The position numbers and the translations under genes were made by a program. A stretch of DNA of 64,000 bases from assembly GCA_030390025.1 (NCBI GenBank), contig CM059432.1:51400001-51464000 (forward strand). The letters run 5' to 3'. The stretch's first letter is position 1. Each line of letters starts with the position of its first letter. This DNA comes from Squalus acanthias. Taxonomy: Eukaryota. Under the pieces are notes generated by a model. It was not told where the DNA came from. It searched no databases and was given only the letters and a program-made list of their open reading frames with translations. Shown here piece after piece: positions 37,163-48,858 of this stretch.

Positions 37163-38826
37163 ATAACAACAACAACTTGTATTTATATAGCACCTTAACG
37201 TAGTAAAACGTTCGAAGGTGCTTCACAGGAGCGTTCTAAAACAAAATTTGACACCGAGCCACATCAGGAGCTATTAGAGCAGATGATGAGGTAGATTTTC
37301 AGGAGCGTCTTAAAGGAAGAAAGAGAGGTAGAGAGGCGGAGAGGTTTAGGGAGGGAATTCCAGGGCTTAGAGTCTTGGCAGCTGAAGGCACGGCCACCAA
37401 TGGTTGAGTGAATAAAATCAGCGATTCTCAAGAGGCCACAGTTAGAGGAGCGCAGATATCTCGGGAGGTTGTGGGGCTGGAGGCAATTACTGAGATAAGG
37501 AGGGGCGAGGCCATGGAGGGATTTGAAAACAACGATGGGAATATTAAAATCAAGGCGTTGCTTAACCGGCAGCCAATGTAGGTCAGCGAGCTGAGGAGTG
37601 ATGGGTGCACGGGACTTGGTGCGAGTTAGGACATGGGCAGTAGAGTTTTGGATGACCTCAAGTTTACAGAGGATAGAATGTGGGATGCCAGCCAGGAGTG
37701 CATTGGAATAGCCAAGTCTAGAGGTAACAAAGGCATGGATGAGGGTTCCAGCAGCAGATGAGCTGAGACAGCGGTGGAGACGGGCAATGTTACAGAGGGG
37801 GAAATAGGCGGTCTTAGTGATGGCGCGGATATGTGGTCGGAAGCTCATTTCTGGGTTAAATATGACACCATGTTTGCGAACAGTCTGGTTCCGTCTCAGA
37901 CAGATACTAGGGAGAGGGATGGAGTCAGTGGCTAGGGAACGGAGTTTGTGGTGGGTACCAAAGACAATGGCTTTGGTTTTCCCAATATTTAGTTGGAGGA
38001 AATTTCTGCTCATTCAGTACTGGATATCGGACAAGCAGTCTGACAATTTAGAGACTGTGGAGGGGTCGAGAAAAGTGGTGGTGAGGTGGAGCTAGGTGTC
38101 ATCAGCGTACATGTAGATGAGAAATAGAACAGGGCCAAGGATAGATCCTTGGGGGACACCAGAGGTAACAATGCAGGAGCGGGAAGAGAAGCCATTGCAG
38201 GTGATTCTCTGGCTACGCTTAGATAGATAAGAATGGAACCAAGCGAGTGCAGTCTCACCCAGCTGGACGATGGTGGAGAGGCGTTGGAGGAAGATGGTGT
38301 GGTCAACCGTGTCAAAGGCTGCAGACAGGTTGAGAAGGACGAGGAGGGATAGTTTATCTTTGTCACAGTCACATAGGATGTCATTTGTGACTTTGATGAG
38401 AGCAATTTCGGTACTGTGGCAATGGCGGAAACCTGATTGGAGGGATTCAAACATGGAGTTCCGGAAAAGATGGGCATGGATTTGGGAGGCGACAACACGT
38501 TCAAGGACTTTGGAGAGGGAGGGGAGGTTGGAGATGGGGCGGTAGTTTGCAAGGGCGGAGGGGTCAAGGTTTGGTTTTTGAGGAGCGGGGTGATGACGGC
38601 AGATTTGTAGGAGAGGGGGACAATACCCGAGGAGCGAGAATCGTTAACAATATCAGCTAACATGGGAGCCAGAAAATGAAGTTGGGTGGTCAGCAGTTTA
38701 GTGGGAATAGGTTCGAGGGAGTAGGAAGTGGGTCTCATGGACAAGATGAGCTCGGAGATGGTATGCGGGAGAGAAACTGGAGAAAGAGGTGAGTTCAGGG
38801 CTAGGGCAGGGGGGAACCTTAGAGGA
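37163..38826 (-). mobile_element. L2 LINE, RT to 3' tail
   Basis: ORFs 38092..38454 (NLSAAFDTVDH, GVPQGSILGP, MYADDT) and 37264..38013; (AAC)n tail at ~37164. Confidence 0.96.
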
Positions 38827-39632
38827 TGTTACGCAAATGCTCACTGGCAGGCTGCCCCGTGCACCTAGTATTCCCGATGTATACCCATCAGCCTTTTCAG
38901 TAGACTGATCCCTCGAAGTGAGCATCTGACTTCTCTGTAGCAGAGCTAGTATGTGATCTCGCCCTCCGCCGAGCTAGCACCTGTGGCATCGTAGCCCCCT
39001 GCACTAGATTCTGTAAACTTGTGGCCAGTGATTCATCACGTAAAGACCCTCCTCTAGCCTTCTCTGTAAAGCACATGTAGTGTCAGTCTCTGAGCTGGTG
39101 CTTTCTAGGGTCAGATTGCATGACGGTGCATCTTCGGGAAGGCTGGCCTCATCTTCCTGAAGTGTTAAGATTTCCAACACCTGAATTGAAAGAGAGGGAC
39201 AAAGGTTAGCTTTTAGTATGAAGAGAATTGGCTGGTGAAAGCAGCTGCAGTTAGATAGAAATAAGAAGGTAAAAACAGGATAAGAGAGTGAAGAAATCCT
39301 GAGCTATGTCACCTCCAGCTTTGCCATTTACCATGGCCATGACTCCCACTGCCTGTGATGGCCAGCTATTTTTCTATCCCAGGGGAGTGGATGTGCAGAC
39401 AAGCTTGGGCTCCTCTGGTGGCTGCCTCCTTGCACAAATTGTGCGCAACCATTACATGCAAGAAAGAAGGGAATGTATTTGTGACATCCTTGTGAGGTGT
39501 TTAGAAAATGTGCCTATGATAGTTGACGTGCAATGTGAAAGATGTGAGGAGTGGGGAAGTGAGGGTTGCCATAGTGGTGAGTATGCAAGTATGAGGAGAA
39601 GGAGGTGGTGGAAGTGAAGTATGATACAGTGA

Positions 39633-40020
39633 TCCTTCCTTAGGTAAGGAGACCAAAACTGTACACAGTGCTCCAGGTATGGTCTCACCAAAGCCCTATA
39701 TAATTGCAGCAAGACTTCCTTACTCTTATACTCCAACTCCCTTGCAATAACATACCATTTGCCTTCTTAATTGCTTGCTGAACCTGCATGTTACCTTTCT
39801 GTGAATCGTGTACAAGGACCCCCAAATCCCTCTGAATACCAGATGGCATCTGTCCCAGAGTGTTGAGAAAATATAGGGAGCCAATGAACATTGGGGAGAT
39901 ACCAGTAGATTGGAAACAGTACTGGGGTTCTTTTCCAGTGGAATAGAATACAAAAGCAGGAAGCAAATGTTAAATTTACATAGAACCTTGGTTAGACCAC
40001 ACTTGGAGTACTGTGCGCAT
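39633..40020. mobile_element. Two short CR1 fragments in opposite orientation (39633-39845 minus, ~39915-40020 plus)
   Basis: EYKSKEVLLQLYRALVRPYLEHCVQFWSP (minus); GIEYKSRKQMLNLHRTLVRPHLEYC (plus). Confidence 0.85.
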
Positions 40021-40408
40021 GGTTGCAATATTTGCTTACATAACAACAATCACTGCACTTCAAAGTTAATTCAGTTTATGTGTTGGTCTTTGAGACCAGA
40101 AGGAGCGGACCTGGAGGGAGCACAGCGCGAGCGGAGCAGTTAAAAGGAGCGGCAGCAACTCAACAGAGGCAGTTTTTGAAAAAGTGATATCAGAGTAAAA
40201 AAAGTGACGTCGGCACAAGGGAAGGAGCTGATTGGTGAGTAGCTGGTGAGTGTATTTTATTTTAAGTTTATAAGTTTATTTCTGCTAATTTAGTTAATAG
40301 CCTATTAAATAGAGGGAAAGAGCTGATTGGTGAGTCGCTGGGGAGTGTTTTCTGTTAAGTTTTAAGTTTATTTCGGCTGGGTTAGTTTTTTGTCTATTAA
40401 CTAGAGGT

Positions 40409-41359
40409 ATGGCAGGGCAGCTCAGTCCCGTGGAGTGCACATCCTGTGCCATAAGGGAAGTCCTGGACACTTCGTGTAGCCTGGATGACCACATGTGCGG
40501 GAAGTATCGCCAGCTACAGCAACTTGAGCTCCGGGTTTCGGAGCCTGACCGGTGGCTGGAGTCACTGCGGTGCATCCGTGAGGCTGAGAGTTACATGGAT
40601 AGCACGTTTCTAGAGGTGGTCAACCCGCAGCTTAAGAGTATGCAGGCAGAGAGGGAATGGGTGACCGCCAGACAGAAGAGGAGGACCAGGCAGGTAGTGC
40701 AGGAGTCCCCGGAGTGCATCACGCTCTCCAACCAGTATTCTGTTCTGAGGACTGGTGAGGGCGATGGTTCCTCTGGGGAGTGCTGCCAGAGTCAAGTCCA
40801 TGGCACCAAGGGTGGCTCTGCTGCACAGGGGGGGAGGAAAAAGAGTGGAAGAGCAATAGTGGTAGGGTTTTCGATAGTTAGGGGAACAGACAGGCGTTTC
40901 TGTGGCTGTAGACGTGACTCCAGGATGGTATGTTGCCTCCCTGGTGCCAGGGTCAAGGATGTCACTGAACGGCTGCAGGACACACTGAGGGGGGAGGATG
41001 AACAGCCAGAGGTCGTTGTCCATATCGGTACCAATGACATAGGAAGAAAGAGGGATGAGGTCCTGCAGGCAGAGTTTAGGGAGCTAGGAGAGAGATTAAA
41101 AAGCAGGACCTCAAAGGTAGTAATCTCCGGATTACTCCCAGTACCACATGATATGTGAATACAGGAATAGGAGGATAGAACAGATGAATGAGTGGCTGGA
41201 GAGATGGTGCAGGAGGGAGGCTTTAGATTCCTGAGGCATTGGGACCATTTCTGGGGAAGGTGGGACCTGTACAAGCCAGACGGGTTACACCTCAACAGAG
41301 CCGGGACCAATATTCTCACGGGGAGGTTTATTTGTGCTGTTGGGGAGGGTTTAAATTAG
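40409..41359 (+). pseudogene. CR1 ORF1p: zinc finger/coiled coil plus SGNH esterase domain, frameshifted near 41150
   Basis: CTSC..CGKY zinc knuckle; AIVVGFSIVRG (GDS-type motif altered), CLPGARVKD, HIGTND, and downstream DGLHLN in the shifted frame. Confidence 0.88.
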
Positions 41360-41529
41360 CTTGGCAGGGGGATGGCCACCAGCACATAGGAGTAGAAAAG
41401 AGAAATAAGGTGCATAAAAGAGTGAGTGTGTTGGATAGTACTAGAGAAGATAGTACTGGAGGCGGTAGTTGTACCATATTAGATAGGAGCAGACTAAGAA
41501 AGACTGTGAAAAATTCAAAAATGGGTTTA

Positions 41530-44140
41530 GAATGCATGTACGTAAACGCACAAAGTGTGGTGAATAAGGTTGGTGAGCTACAAGCGGCAATATGATGTTG
41601 TGGCAATAACGGAAACGTGGCTTAAAAACAGGGCACTTAATATTCAAGGGTACAAGGTGTTCAGAAAAGATAGGGAAGGAAAAAAGGGAGGTGGGGTGGC
41701 AGTGCTGATTAAGGAAGACATTGTAGTGTTGTAAAGGGAGGATGTTCTTGAGGGGACAAGGACAGAATCCATTTGGTTATAGTTGAGGTGCAAAAAGGGT
41801 ATGATCACGCTATTGGGGGTATTCTATAGGTCTCCAAAAAGTGAGAGGGAGGTAGAGGAGCAAATCTGCAGGGAAATCACAGAGATATACAAGAGCTATA
41901 GAGTGGTGATATTGGGGGACTTTAATTACCCAAATATCGATTGGGATAATGCTAGGGTAAAGGGAAAGGAGGGGGAGGAATTTCTGAAATGTGTTCAGGA
42001 GAATTTCCTTGACCAATATGTTCTTGGCCCAACTAGGAAGGAGGCATTGCTGGATCTGGTGCTGGGGAATGAGGTGGGCCAGGTCGAACAAGCGTCTGTG
42101 GGAAAACACTTGGGTACGAGTGATCATCGTATCATAAGATTTTGATTAGCAATGGAAAGGAGCAAGGAACAATCTAGAGTGGAACTTCTAAACTGGAATA
42201 GGGCTAACTTCAATGGGATGTGAAAGGATCTAGCCAGAGTAAAATGGAACCAAAGACTGACAGGAAAAACTGTAATGGAACAATGGGTGATCTTTAAGGT
42301 GGAAATACCAAATACAATAAGTTGAGAGGGGATGTGAAGATGAAAATAAGATTGGCAAAGAGAGAATATGAGAGTAGAATGGCCGCTAACATAAAAGGGA
42401 ACCCCAAAATCTTCTACCGGCATGTAAACAGTAAGCGGGTAGTAAGAGGCAGCGTGGGGCCTATTAGAGACAAAGAAGGTGATATATGCTTAGAGGTGCA
42501 GGACAAGGCTAGAATACTCAATGAGTACTTTGTTTACTAAGGAGGTCGATGCTGACAAAATATCGGTAGAAGTGGAAAAGGTAAAAGCAATGGAAGGGGT
42601 GAAAATTGATAGACAGGATGTACTAGAAAGGCTGGGTATGCTTAGAGTGGACAAGTCGCCTGGTCCGGATGGCTTGCATCCCAGGTTGCTAAGGGAATTG
42701 GGGGAGGAGATAGCGGAAGAGCTTGCCATAATTTTCCAATCTTCCCTAGATGCGGGGGAGGTGCCTGAGGATTGGAAAGTGGCAAATGTAACACCATTGT
42801 TCAAGAAAGGGTGTAAGGACAATCCTAGTAACTACAGGCTGGTCAGTTTAACATTAGTGGTGAGTAAAGTTTTAGAAACAATAATCAAAGAAAAAATTAA
42901 CGGGCACTTGGAGAGGTTTAAGCTAATTAAGGAAAGCCAACAAGGATTTGTAAAAGGCAGATCGTGTTTGATTAATCTAATTGAATTTTTTGATGCGGTA
43001 ACAGAGAGGATTGATGAAGGGAATGCAATGGATGTTGTCTACATGGATTTTCAGAAGGCGTTTGACAAAGTACCACATAGAAGGCTGGTTAACAAAATTG
43101 AGGCTCATAGGTGGATCAGTGGCAGGTTGGATAAGGAATTGGCTTAAGGACAAAAAACAGCGATTTGTGGTAAATGGCTGTTTTTCAGACTGGAGGATGG
43201 TGGACAGTAGTGTTCCCCAAGGGTCGGTGCTGGGGCCACTGCTTTTTTTGATTATATAAATGACCTGGATCTTGGAATACAGAGTAGAATTTCTAAGTTT
43301 GCCGATGACACCAAACTTGGGGGTGTGACAAACAGTGATGATGATACCAATCGACTGCAACAGGACATAGAAAGGCTAGCAGAATGGGCAGATAAGCGGC
43401 AGATGGAATTTAATACAGAGAAGTGTGAGGTGATGCATTTTGACAGAAGGAACAGGGAGAGGCAATATACACTTAATGGCACAGTTTTACAGAGTGTGCA
43501 GAGACAGAGGGACCTGGGAGTTAATGTGCATAGGTCCCTGAAGGTGGCAGGACATATTGAGAGAGTGGTTAACAAAGCATATGGGATCTTGGGCTTCATA
43601 AATAGGGGTATTGAGTACAAAAGTAGAGAGGTTATGCTGAATCTTTATAAAGCGCTGGTTAGGCCACAACTGGAGTATTGCGTCCAGTTCTAGTCACCAC
43701 ACCTTAGGAAGGATGTGAAGGCCCTTGAAAGGGTGCAGAGGAGATTTACCAGAATGGTTCCGGGGATGGGGGATCTTAGCTACAAGGACAGGTTGGAGAA
43801 ACTGGATTTGTTTTCATTAGAGCAAAGGAGGTTGAGGGGTGATTTGATAGAGATGTACAAGATTATGACGGGTTTGGATAGGCTAGATGGGGAAAGGCTG
43901 TTCCCACTAGTTGATGGTACAAGGACTAGGGGACACTGATTTAAGGTTTTGGGCAAGAGATACAGGGGGATGTGAGGAAAATCTTTTTTACGCAGCGAGT
44001 GGTGATGACCTGGAATTCGCTGCCGACGGAAGTGGTGGAAGCGGAGACACTCAATGTTTTCAAGGGGAGACTGGATAGACACTTGAGGGAAATAAATTTG
44101 CAGGGCTACGGGGATAGAGCGGGGGAATGGGTCTGACTAG
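41530..44140 (+). pseudogene. CR1 ORF2p: AP endonuclease plus reverse transcriptase, with stops, frameshifts and an internal deletion (~42310)
   Basis: CMYVNAQS, VAITETWL, GVFYRSP, LGDFNYPNIDW, LLDLVL, SDH, KSPGPDGLHPR, DFQKAFDKVPH, VPQGSVLGP, FADDTKL. Confidence 0.95.
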
Positions 44141-44570
44141 ATTGCTGTACAGAGAGCTGGCACAGACTCGATGGGCCGTATGGCCTCCTTCTGTGCCGTT
44201 ATGATTCTATGGGGGAGAAATTCGGTATTGCCCCGTTTGGGGCGCAATTATTGGCTGGGCACAAAGTTTAGCGCCTGGCGCTAATTATCGTCTCTGACTG
44301 CAACTTGGCCTCTATCGCCCCTGGAGGTAATTTGAGCGCTAAATCAGGCGCTACACATCTGTCTTAAGGCGCTAACTCCGAGGAGCAAGGCGCTACCTCA
44401 GAGCGCTGGCGAAGCTCAGGTGATATCAGTTAGCTATGGAACACAGACAGACTGGCGCCGGCCAGTTCTTAAAGGGGAGGGTCGATCTTGCTGTCCAGCC
44501 ACACCCTGCTCATTGCAGCCTTGAATCTCGGCCTGGAGAGACCTGTACATCAATTCTGCTGGAACCAACA

Positions 44571-46335
44571 ATGGAGAGGCTCAGGGAAAGAGCTCAGTGC
44601 TTCAGCGACCAGGTCTTGGTGGCTCTGGTTGGCGTTGTGGAGCGGCGAAAGGCAGTGCTCTACCCACAGAGTGGCAGGAGGCCATTGCCATGCGAATACA
44701 GAAGAGTCTGGAGGGAGGTGGCTCAGCACATCTCCTCCAGGAGCCTGGTGCCCAGGACCCACACCCAATGTCGGAAGAAGTTCAACGACCTCACTCGGGT
44801 GGTCAGGGTGAGTGGCTGCTTTTCAATACCTCTCCATCCCTCCATCTCAACTTCACTCTGTGCCCAGAGGGTTTAAAAACCCCAAATGCCCAACACTCAT
44901 CCAAGACCGATGGCCATCTCATAAAACACACACACACACATTCGACACTTTGCATACATTAAGGGCTATTCAACTATGGGAGGCACATCAGGCAAGCACA
45001 TGGCTGCACATTCACTCAGACACCGTCCTTTTTCTTGCAGGCCAAGCTATCTCATAACAGGCGGCAGCAGCAATGCACTGGAGGAGGACCAGCTGACCTA
45101 CACACCCTCAGCCATTTGGAGACGCGCATGCACAGGATCGTTGCCAGCCAGGTGATAGGTGCCGTGGCCGCTGGAGAGGTCGACCCCCTTGGGGACAACA
45201 ATGGTATGTTCATCAGCTTTCTCTCCTCTCTCATTCCACTTGCCCCTCACAACACCAGCCTTTTACACTTTCAATCCAATTTACTAAATGTCTCCAGTCC
45301 TTGCTCCCTTACTGTTCCCCTGTCCTGACACTAAAGCCACTCTTGTACCTCCCTGCTTTCAGATCGTGAACCACCAGCTGACCAGCCTGTCCCTCAACCA
45401 ACCAGTGGGAGTGACGCCCCAGGCGAGGAGGAAGAGGAAGCCGGAGCCTCACCGCCTGCGTCTCCCGAGGGAGCCCATGCCCACACTGGGACCACGCCTT
45501 CCCTAGAGGGGAGCAGGGGGGTAGGGTCTGATGAGGACAAAGCTCCGGGACCCAGCGGGCTGCAGCAATGCCATGGGAGTAGGGAAGCTCGGGGGCCATA
45601 TCCCCGGAGGGCGAGTAGGCAAGCGAGTCCTGCTGCATTGGACTCAGAGGAGGAGTGCGTCATTGCGGAAATGAATAGCCAGGCCTTGAGCTCATGGGTG
45701 CAATGGCAAGGGTGCCCGAAAGCATTGATGGACTGGCTAGGAGTGTGGAGCAGTCTGCTGCAGCACAGGCCGACGCAACGCAACCGCTTAGTGCTGCAAT
45801 TCAGTCACTGACTGCTGCCATGCCGTCTCAGACTGCTCTCATGCAGTCTCAGATTGATGCAACGCAAGCTCTGACTGCTGCCATTGTCGCTGGTTCGGCT
45901 ACATTGCCCCAGGACTCTCACGGTGCCGTAGCAGGCCATCAATCTGTGCTCGAGCAGATTGCTCCGGATGCTGATGTGCTGCCCTGTGGGAGTGCCATTG
46001 TGTCGGTCGAGCAGGGAGGTGCTGTCCTCTCTCAAGATGACAGCAGTCCTGCTCTCACCACTGGCACTTCCCCATTGCACTTGCCACGGCCTGCAACACA
46101 GCCAGCCCAGACTGCTGCCGCCCATGCAGAGTTGGTGCAGTCTGCAGCCAGGGCCTCCAGGCCCAGAGTTGGTTCAGGGCATCCTTCAAGGGCATCTGTA
46201 GTCTCTGCATCTGACATTCAGCAGTCTTCCACCAGCCTTGCTGCAGCCACTGGGGCCCCATTACGGAGGAGCAGTAGGGTGGGAAGGGGGGAAGTGCGCA
46301 GGGAATGGAGATTACCCACGAAGGGCAAACAGTAG
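44571..46335 (+). pseudogene. Harbinger Myb/SANT-like DNA-binding protein, 3 exons (44571-44807, 45041-45203, 45363-46335), exon 3 frameshifted
   Basis: MERLRERAQCFSDQVLVALV..VWREVAQHIS..RTHTQCRKKFNDLTRVVR|gtgagt; tttcttgcag|AKLSHNRRQQQCTGGGPADLH..|gtatgt; ctgctttcag|DREPPAD..EEEEE..PGPSGLQ; Ala-rich coiled-coil-like ORF 45694..46335; aataaa near 46343 and 46481. Confidence 0.88.
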
Positions 46336-46642
46336 AGGTCTAAATAAATGGTGGGAATGTTTGTAGTAAAGGTCGAGGTTCGTGTGATTACATTTGTTTA
46401 CTGTTTTGGCATTTATCTCCATCTTGTGAGAACCAGTTCTGTTAATTCACGGTTGTGTTTGTTTCTAATTGTTTGTCCTGAATAAATGACACACACAGAG
46501 TTTGTTACAGAAAAAAGGTGTTGTATTCAAAATTTACATTTTTAGCCTTTGGAATTATTCCAGCTTTGGCTGGCTATAGGGGGTGTGGGTTGCTTTCCAT
46601 GATGTTGTTCTCAATGCCAGAAGCCATCTTCTGAGTAGGGGC

Positions 46643-47785
46643 CTAGAAGCGGCTTCTTATCAGCTGTTGACGGACGACCCTTGCAGTTTCAACATTGTGC
46701 ACCTCCCTCCCACGTTGGTGCTGCTGCTGATCATCCTCCTCATCTTCCTCCTGCTCTTCCTCCTCCTAAGGTGGTGCACCAATCCCTGGTGGCATTGGCT
46801 GGGTCCTCAGGATTGCCAGGTTGTGAAGCATGCAGCACACAACTATGAACAGGGAGACTCACTCAGGAGAGTACTGCAGGGCTCCTCCTGAGTGGTCCAG
46901 ACAACGGAACCGTTGCTTCAGCACACCGATCGTCTGCTCAATTATGTTCCTGGTGGTGATATAGCTCTCATTATACCACAGCTCAGCAGGGGTGTTGGGG
47001 TTACGGAGCGGTGTCATCAGCCAGGTGCAGAGTGGATAACCCTTGTCCCCGAGGAGCCATCCACTTGGGTGATGCGGTGCCTGGAAAAGGTCTGGCGCAG
47101 GATGAAGGCATCGTGGCTGCTGCCAGGATAGCGAGCATTGATGGCGAGTATGAGCTGTCTGTGGTCACAGACCAACTGCGCATTTAAGGAGTGGTAGCCC
47201 TTGCGGTTTCGGAAAACTCTGCATTTTCATGTGGTGCCCGCAATGCCACATGCGTGCAGTCAATGGTGCCCTGCACCATGGGGAAGCCCGCTATCCTAGC
47301 AAATCCACATGTGCGTTCATGCTGTTTGGCCCGGGTCATGAGGAAACCGATGTACTGGCGTCTTCTTTTATACAGGGCATTTGTCACCTCCCAGATACAA
47401 CAATGGACAGCGAACTGGGAGATATTGGCGATGTCCCCAGTCGATGCTTGAAAGGAGCCGCTGGCATAAAAATTCAGACCAATGTCACTTTCACTGCCAC
47501 CGACAAAGACATCCTGGTCCTCAGTTGAGGCTGCAAATCTGGTTGCAGCAGGTGGCAGAGCTCAGTGACCACCTCCTTGCTGAAGCGCAGCCTGCGCAAA
47601 CACTGCTCCTCAGACAAATGAATGTAGGAGAATTGCTCCCGGAATACCCTGGGAGGGCAAAATCTCCTGTGCAGAGGCCTGTTGGCCCTCCTCCGTCTGG
47701 CCATGTTTGCCACTTTCTCTCTGCGTCTCTGATGCCTCCGATTCTGCAGGTGCAGGACAATGCCCCGAATCAGTGCAGCCCCCAA
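46643..47785 (-). pseudogene. Harbinger (HARBI1-like) DDE transposase, full-length but disrupted
   Basis: [109 protein letters not shown]. All three catalytic motifs are present. The start is TTG, and there are at least 3 frameshifts and 2 stops. Confidence 0.95.
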
Positions 47786-48247
47786 AGTCTCTTCTAAATC
47801 GATGCAAGGAAGGTCAAATCAAAAAGAATCTGCAAAGTGCTGCTCCTTCACACAGCGTTGAATCTCTCTAGAAGTCTCTCTCTCTCTCTCTCTCAGAATG
47901 CGTAGTGCAAAAATGTCGCTGACAAAAAAAGGCAGGAAGTGGCTGCCTTTAAATAGCGCTCCCCCTCTACCAGTCGTTGCTAGCGGCAGGTGGAAAGGCA
48001 GGGGGCGCTACTCAATATCCGGTCCGGGGCGCTACCGGGGTGTTGCACGCTCGACTGACGTCACGATCTGCGGGCGCAGGAGTTCGTGGCGGTAGTGTTT
48101 AGTGCCGCCGCAAAATGTCTGGTCAATTTCGCGAGCGGTGCAAACATCGCTGCGCCCGGGCGCTAGTTGCTTTGCGCCCCATTAGCGCCCTATTAGGGCG
48201 CTAACGGGAGGTGCTAATCAACCAAATTTTTCCCCCTATGACTCTAT

Positions 48248-48858
48248 GGGGTAAAAATTGGTTAGCGCCCCATTTGGGGCCAATTTTCCCAGGTAGTGCC
48301 CCGAGAGGGAGGAGGGGTGCTATTGGAAGCGGCCCGCATCCCTCTTGGGGCGCTGCGAGCCAATATCGCTCCGTGGTACTGCAGGCCTTCCTCCCCTTAT
48401 TAAAGGGGAGGGGCCTGGCGCAGCGCATCCCGGCGCCCACCTGGGCCACCAGGGATCGGGAGTGCCGGCAAACGAGTCCGGCACTCAAGAGGAGTGCCGG
48501 GCTCACGGAGAGCAACCGGCACCCCGCGGGGGCGCTTCACGGGGGACGGGGACAGCAACGGGGGCAGGTGTTGGCAGGCGGCCAGCAACAAAAATGACCG
48601 CCCGCCACCTCCCCTTTAACTAACGCTGCCCCAGCCACAGGTAGGCCCCCCTGACCCCGTCGGACATAGCGTCCGGCAGTAAGTTGGGGGGCGCCACCCA
48701 ACATTACAGCCGGGGCGTGAGCGGGACGCTGTGCAAGGCGATGACGTCATCACCGGCAGCACAGCACCACGCGGCACTAACGGTTAGCGCCGCCGCTAAC
48801 CTCCCGCTGAATTTCGCGGGTGCTAACGGGAGGTGCAAATCAACCGAATTTAGACCCC
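48248..48858. mobile_element. Harbinger MITE of the same family as the adjacent element
   Basis: Ends ggggtaaaaattggtt / aaccgaatttagacccc. Its last ~37 nt (gctaacgggaggtgcaaatcaaccgaattt) match 48200-48236. Homologous to 8625-9153. Confidence 0.88.

Larger units (their letters stand above)
35893..39454 (-). pseudogene. Harbinger Myb-like gene remnant (exon 2 ~39454-39305, exon 3 from 39180; exon 1 missing)
   Basis: Exon-2-like MVAHNLCKEAATRGAQACLHI. Acceptor ctctctttcaattcag at 39181 is followed by EDEASLPEDAPSCNLTLESTSSETDT. Split by L2 and CR1 insertions. Confidence 0.6.
33500..39630. mobile_element. Decayed two-gene Harbinger element with three nested LINEs; right end lost
   Basis: Transposase remnant on + and Myb exon 2/3 remnants on -, convergent as in 44211-48236; interrupted at 33832-34418, 36186-36870 and 37163-38826. 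Confidence 0.8.
40097..44210 (+). mobile_element. Near full-length CR1 LINE (5'UTR, ORF1, ORF2, 3' tail), inactivated
   Basis: 5'UTR with duplicated agctgattggtgagt; ORF1 and ORF2 as listed; 3' end gactcgatgggccgtatggcctccttctgtgccg plus atgattct tail. Confidence 0.96.
44211..48236. mobile_element. Structurally complete two-gene PIF/Harbinger transposon (4026 bp), mutated
   Basis: TIR gggggagaaattcggt / accaaatttttccccc (14/16); 3-bp TSD tat (44208-44210, 48237-48239); convergent Myb and transposase genes; subterminal GGCGCTA repeats. Confidence 0.95.

Noticed and set aside
38010..38744. Long Ser/Pro/Thr-rich ORF (similar ones at 25752 and 10595)
   Set aside because: Alternative frames of C-rich L2 sequence.
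46643..47785. Host HARBI1 gene
   Set aside because: It is frameshifted, lies within TIRs with a TSD and is paired with a Myb gene, so it is a transposon copy rather than the domesticated locus.
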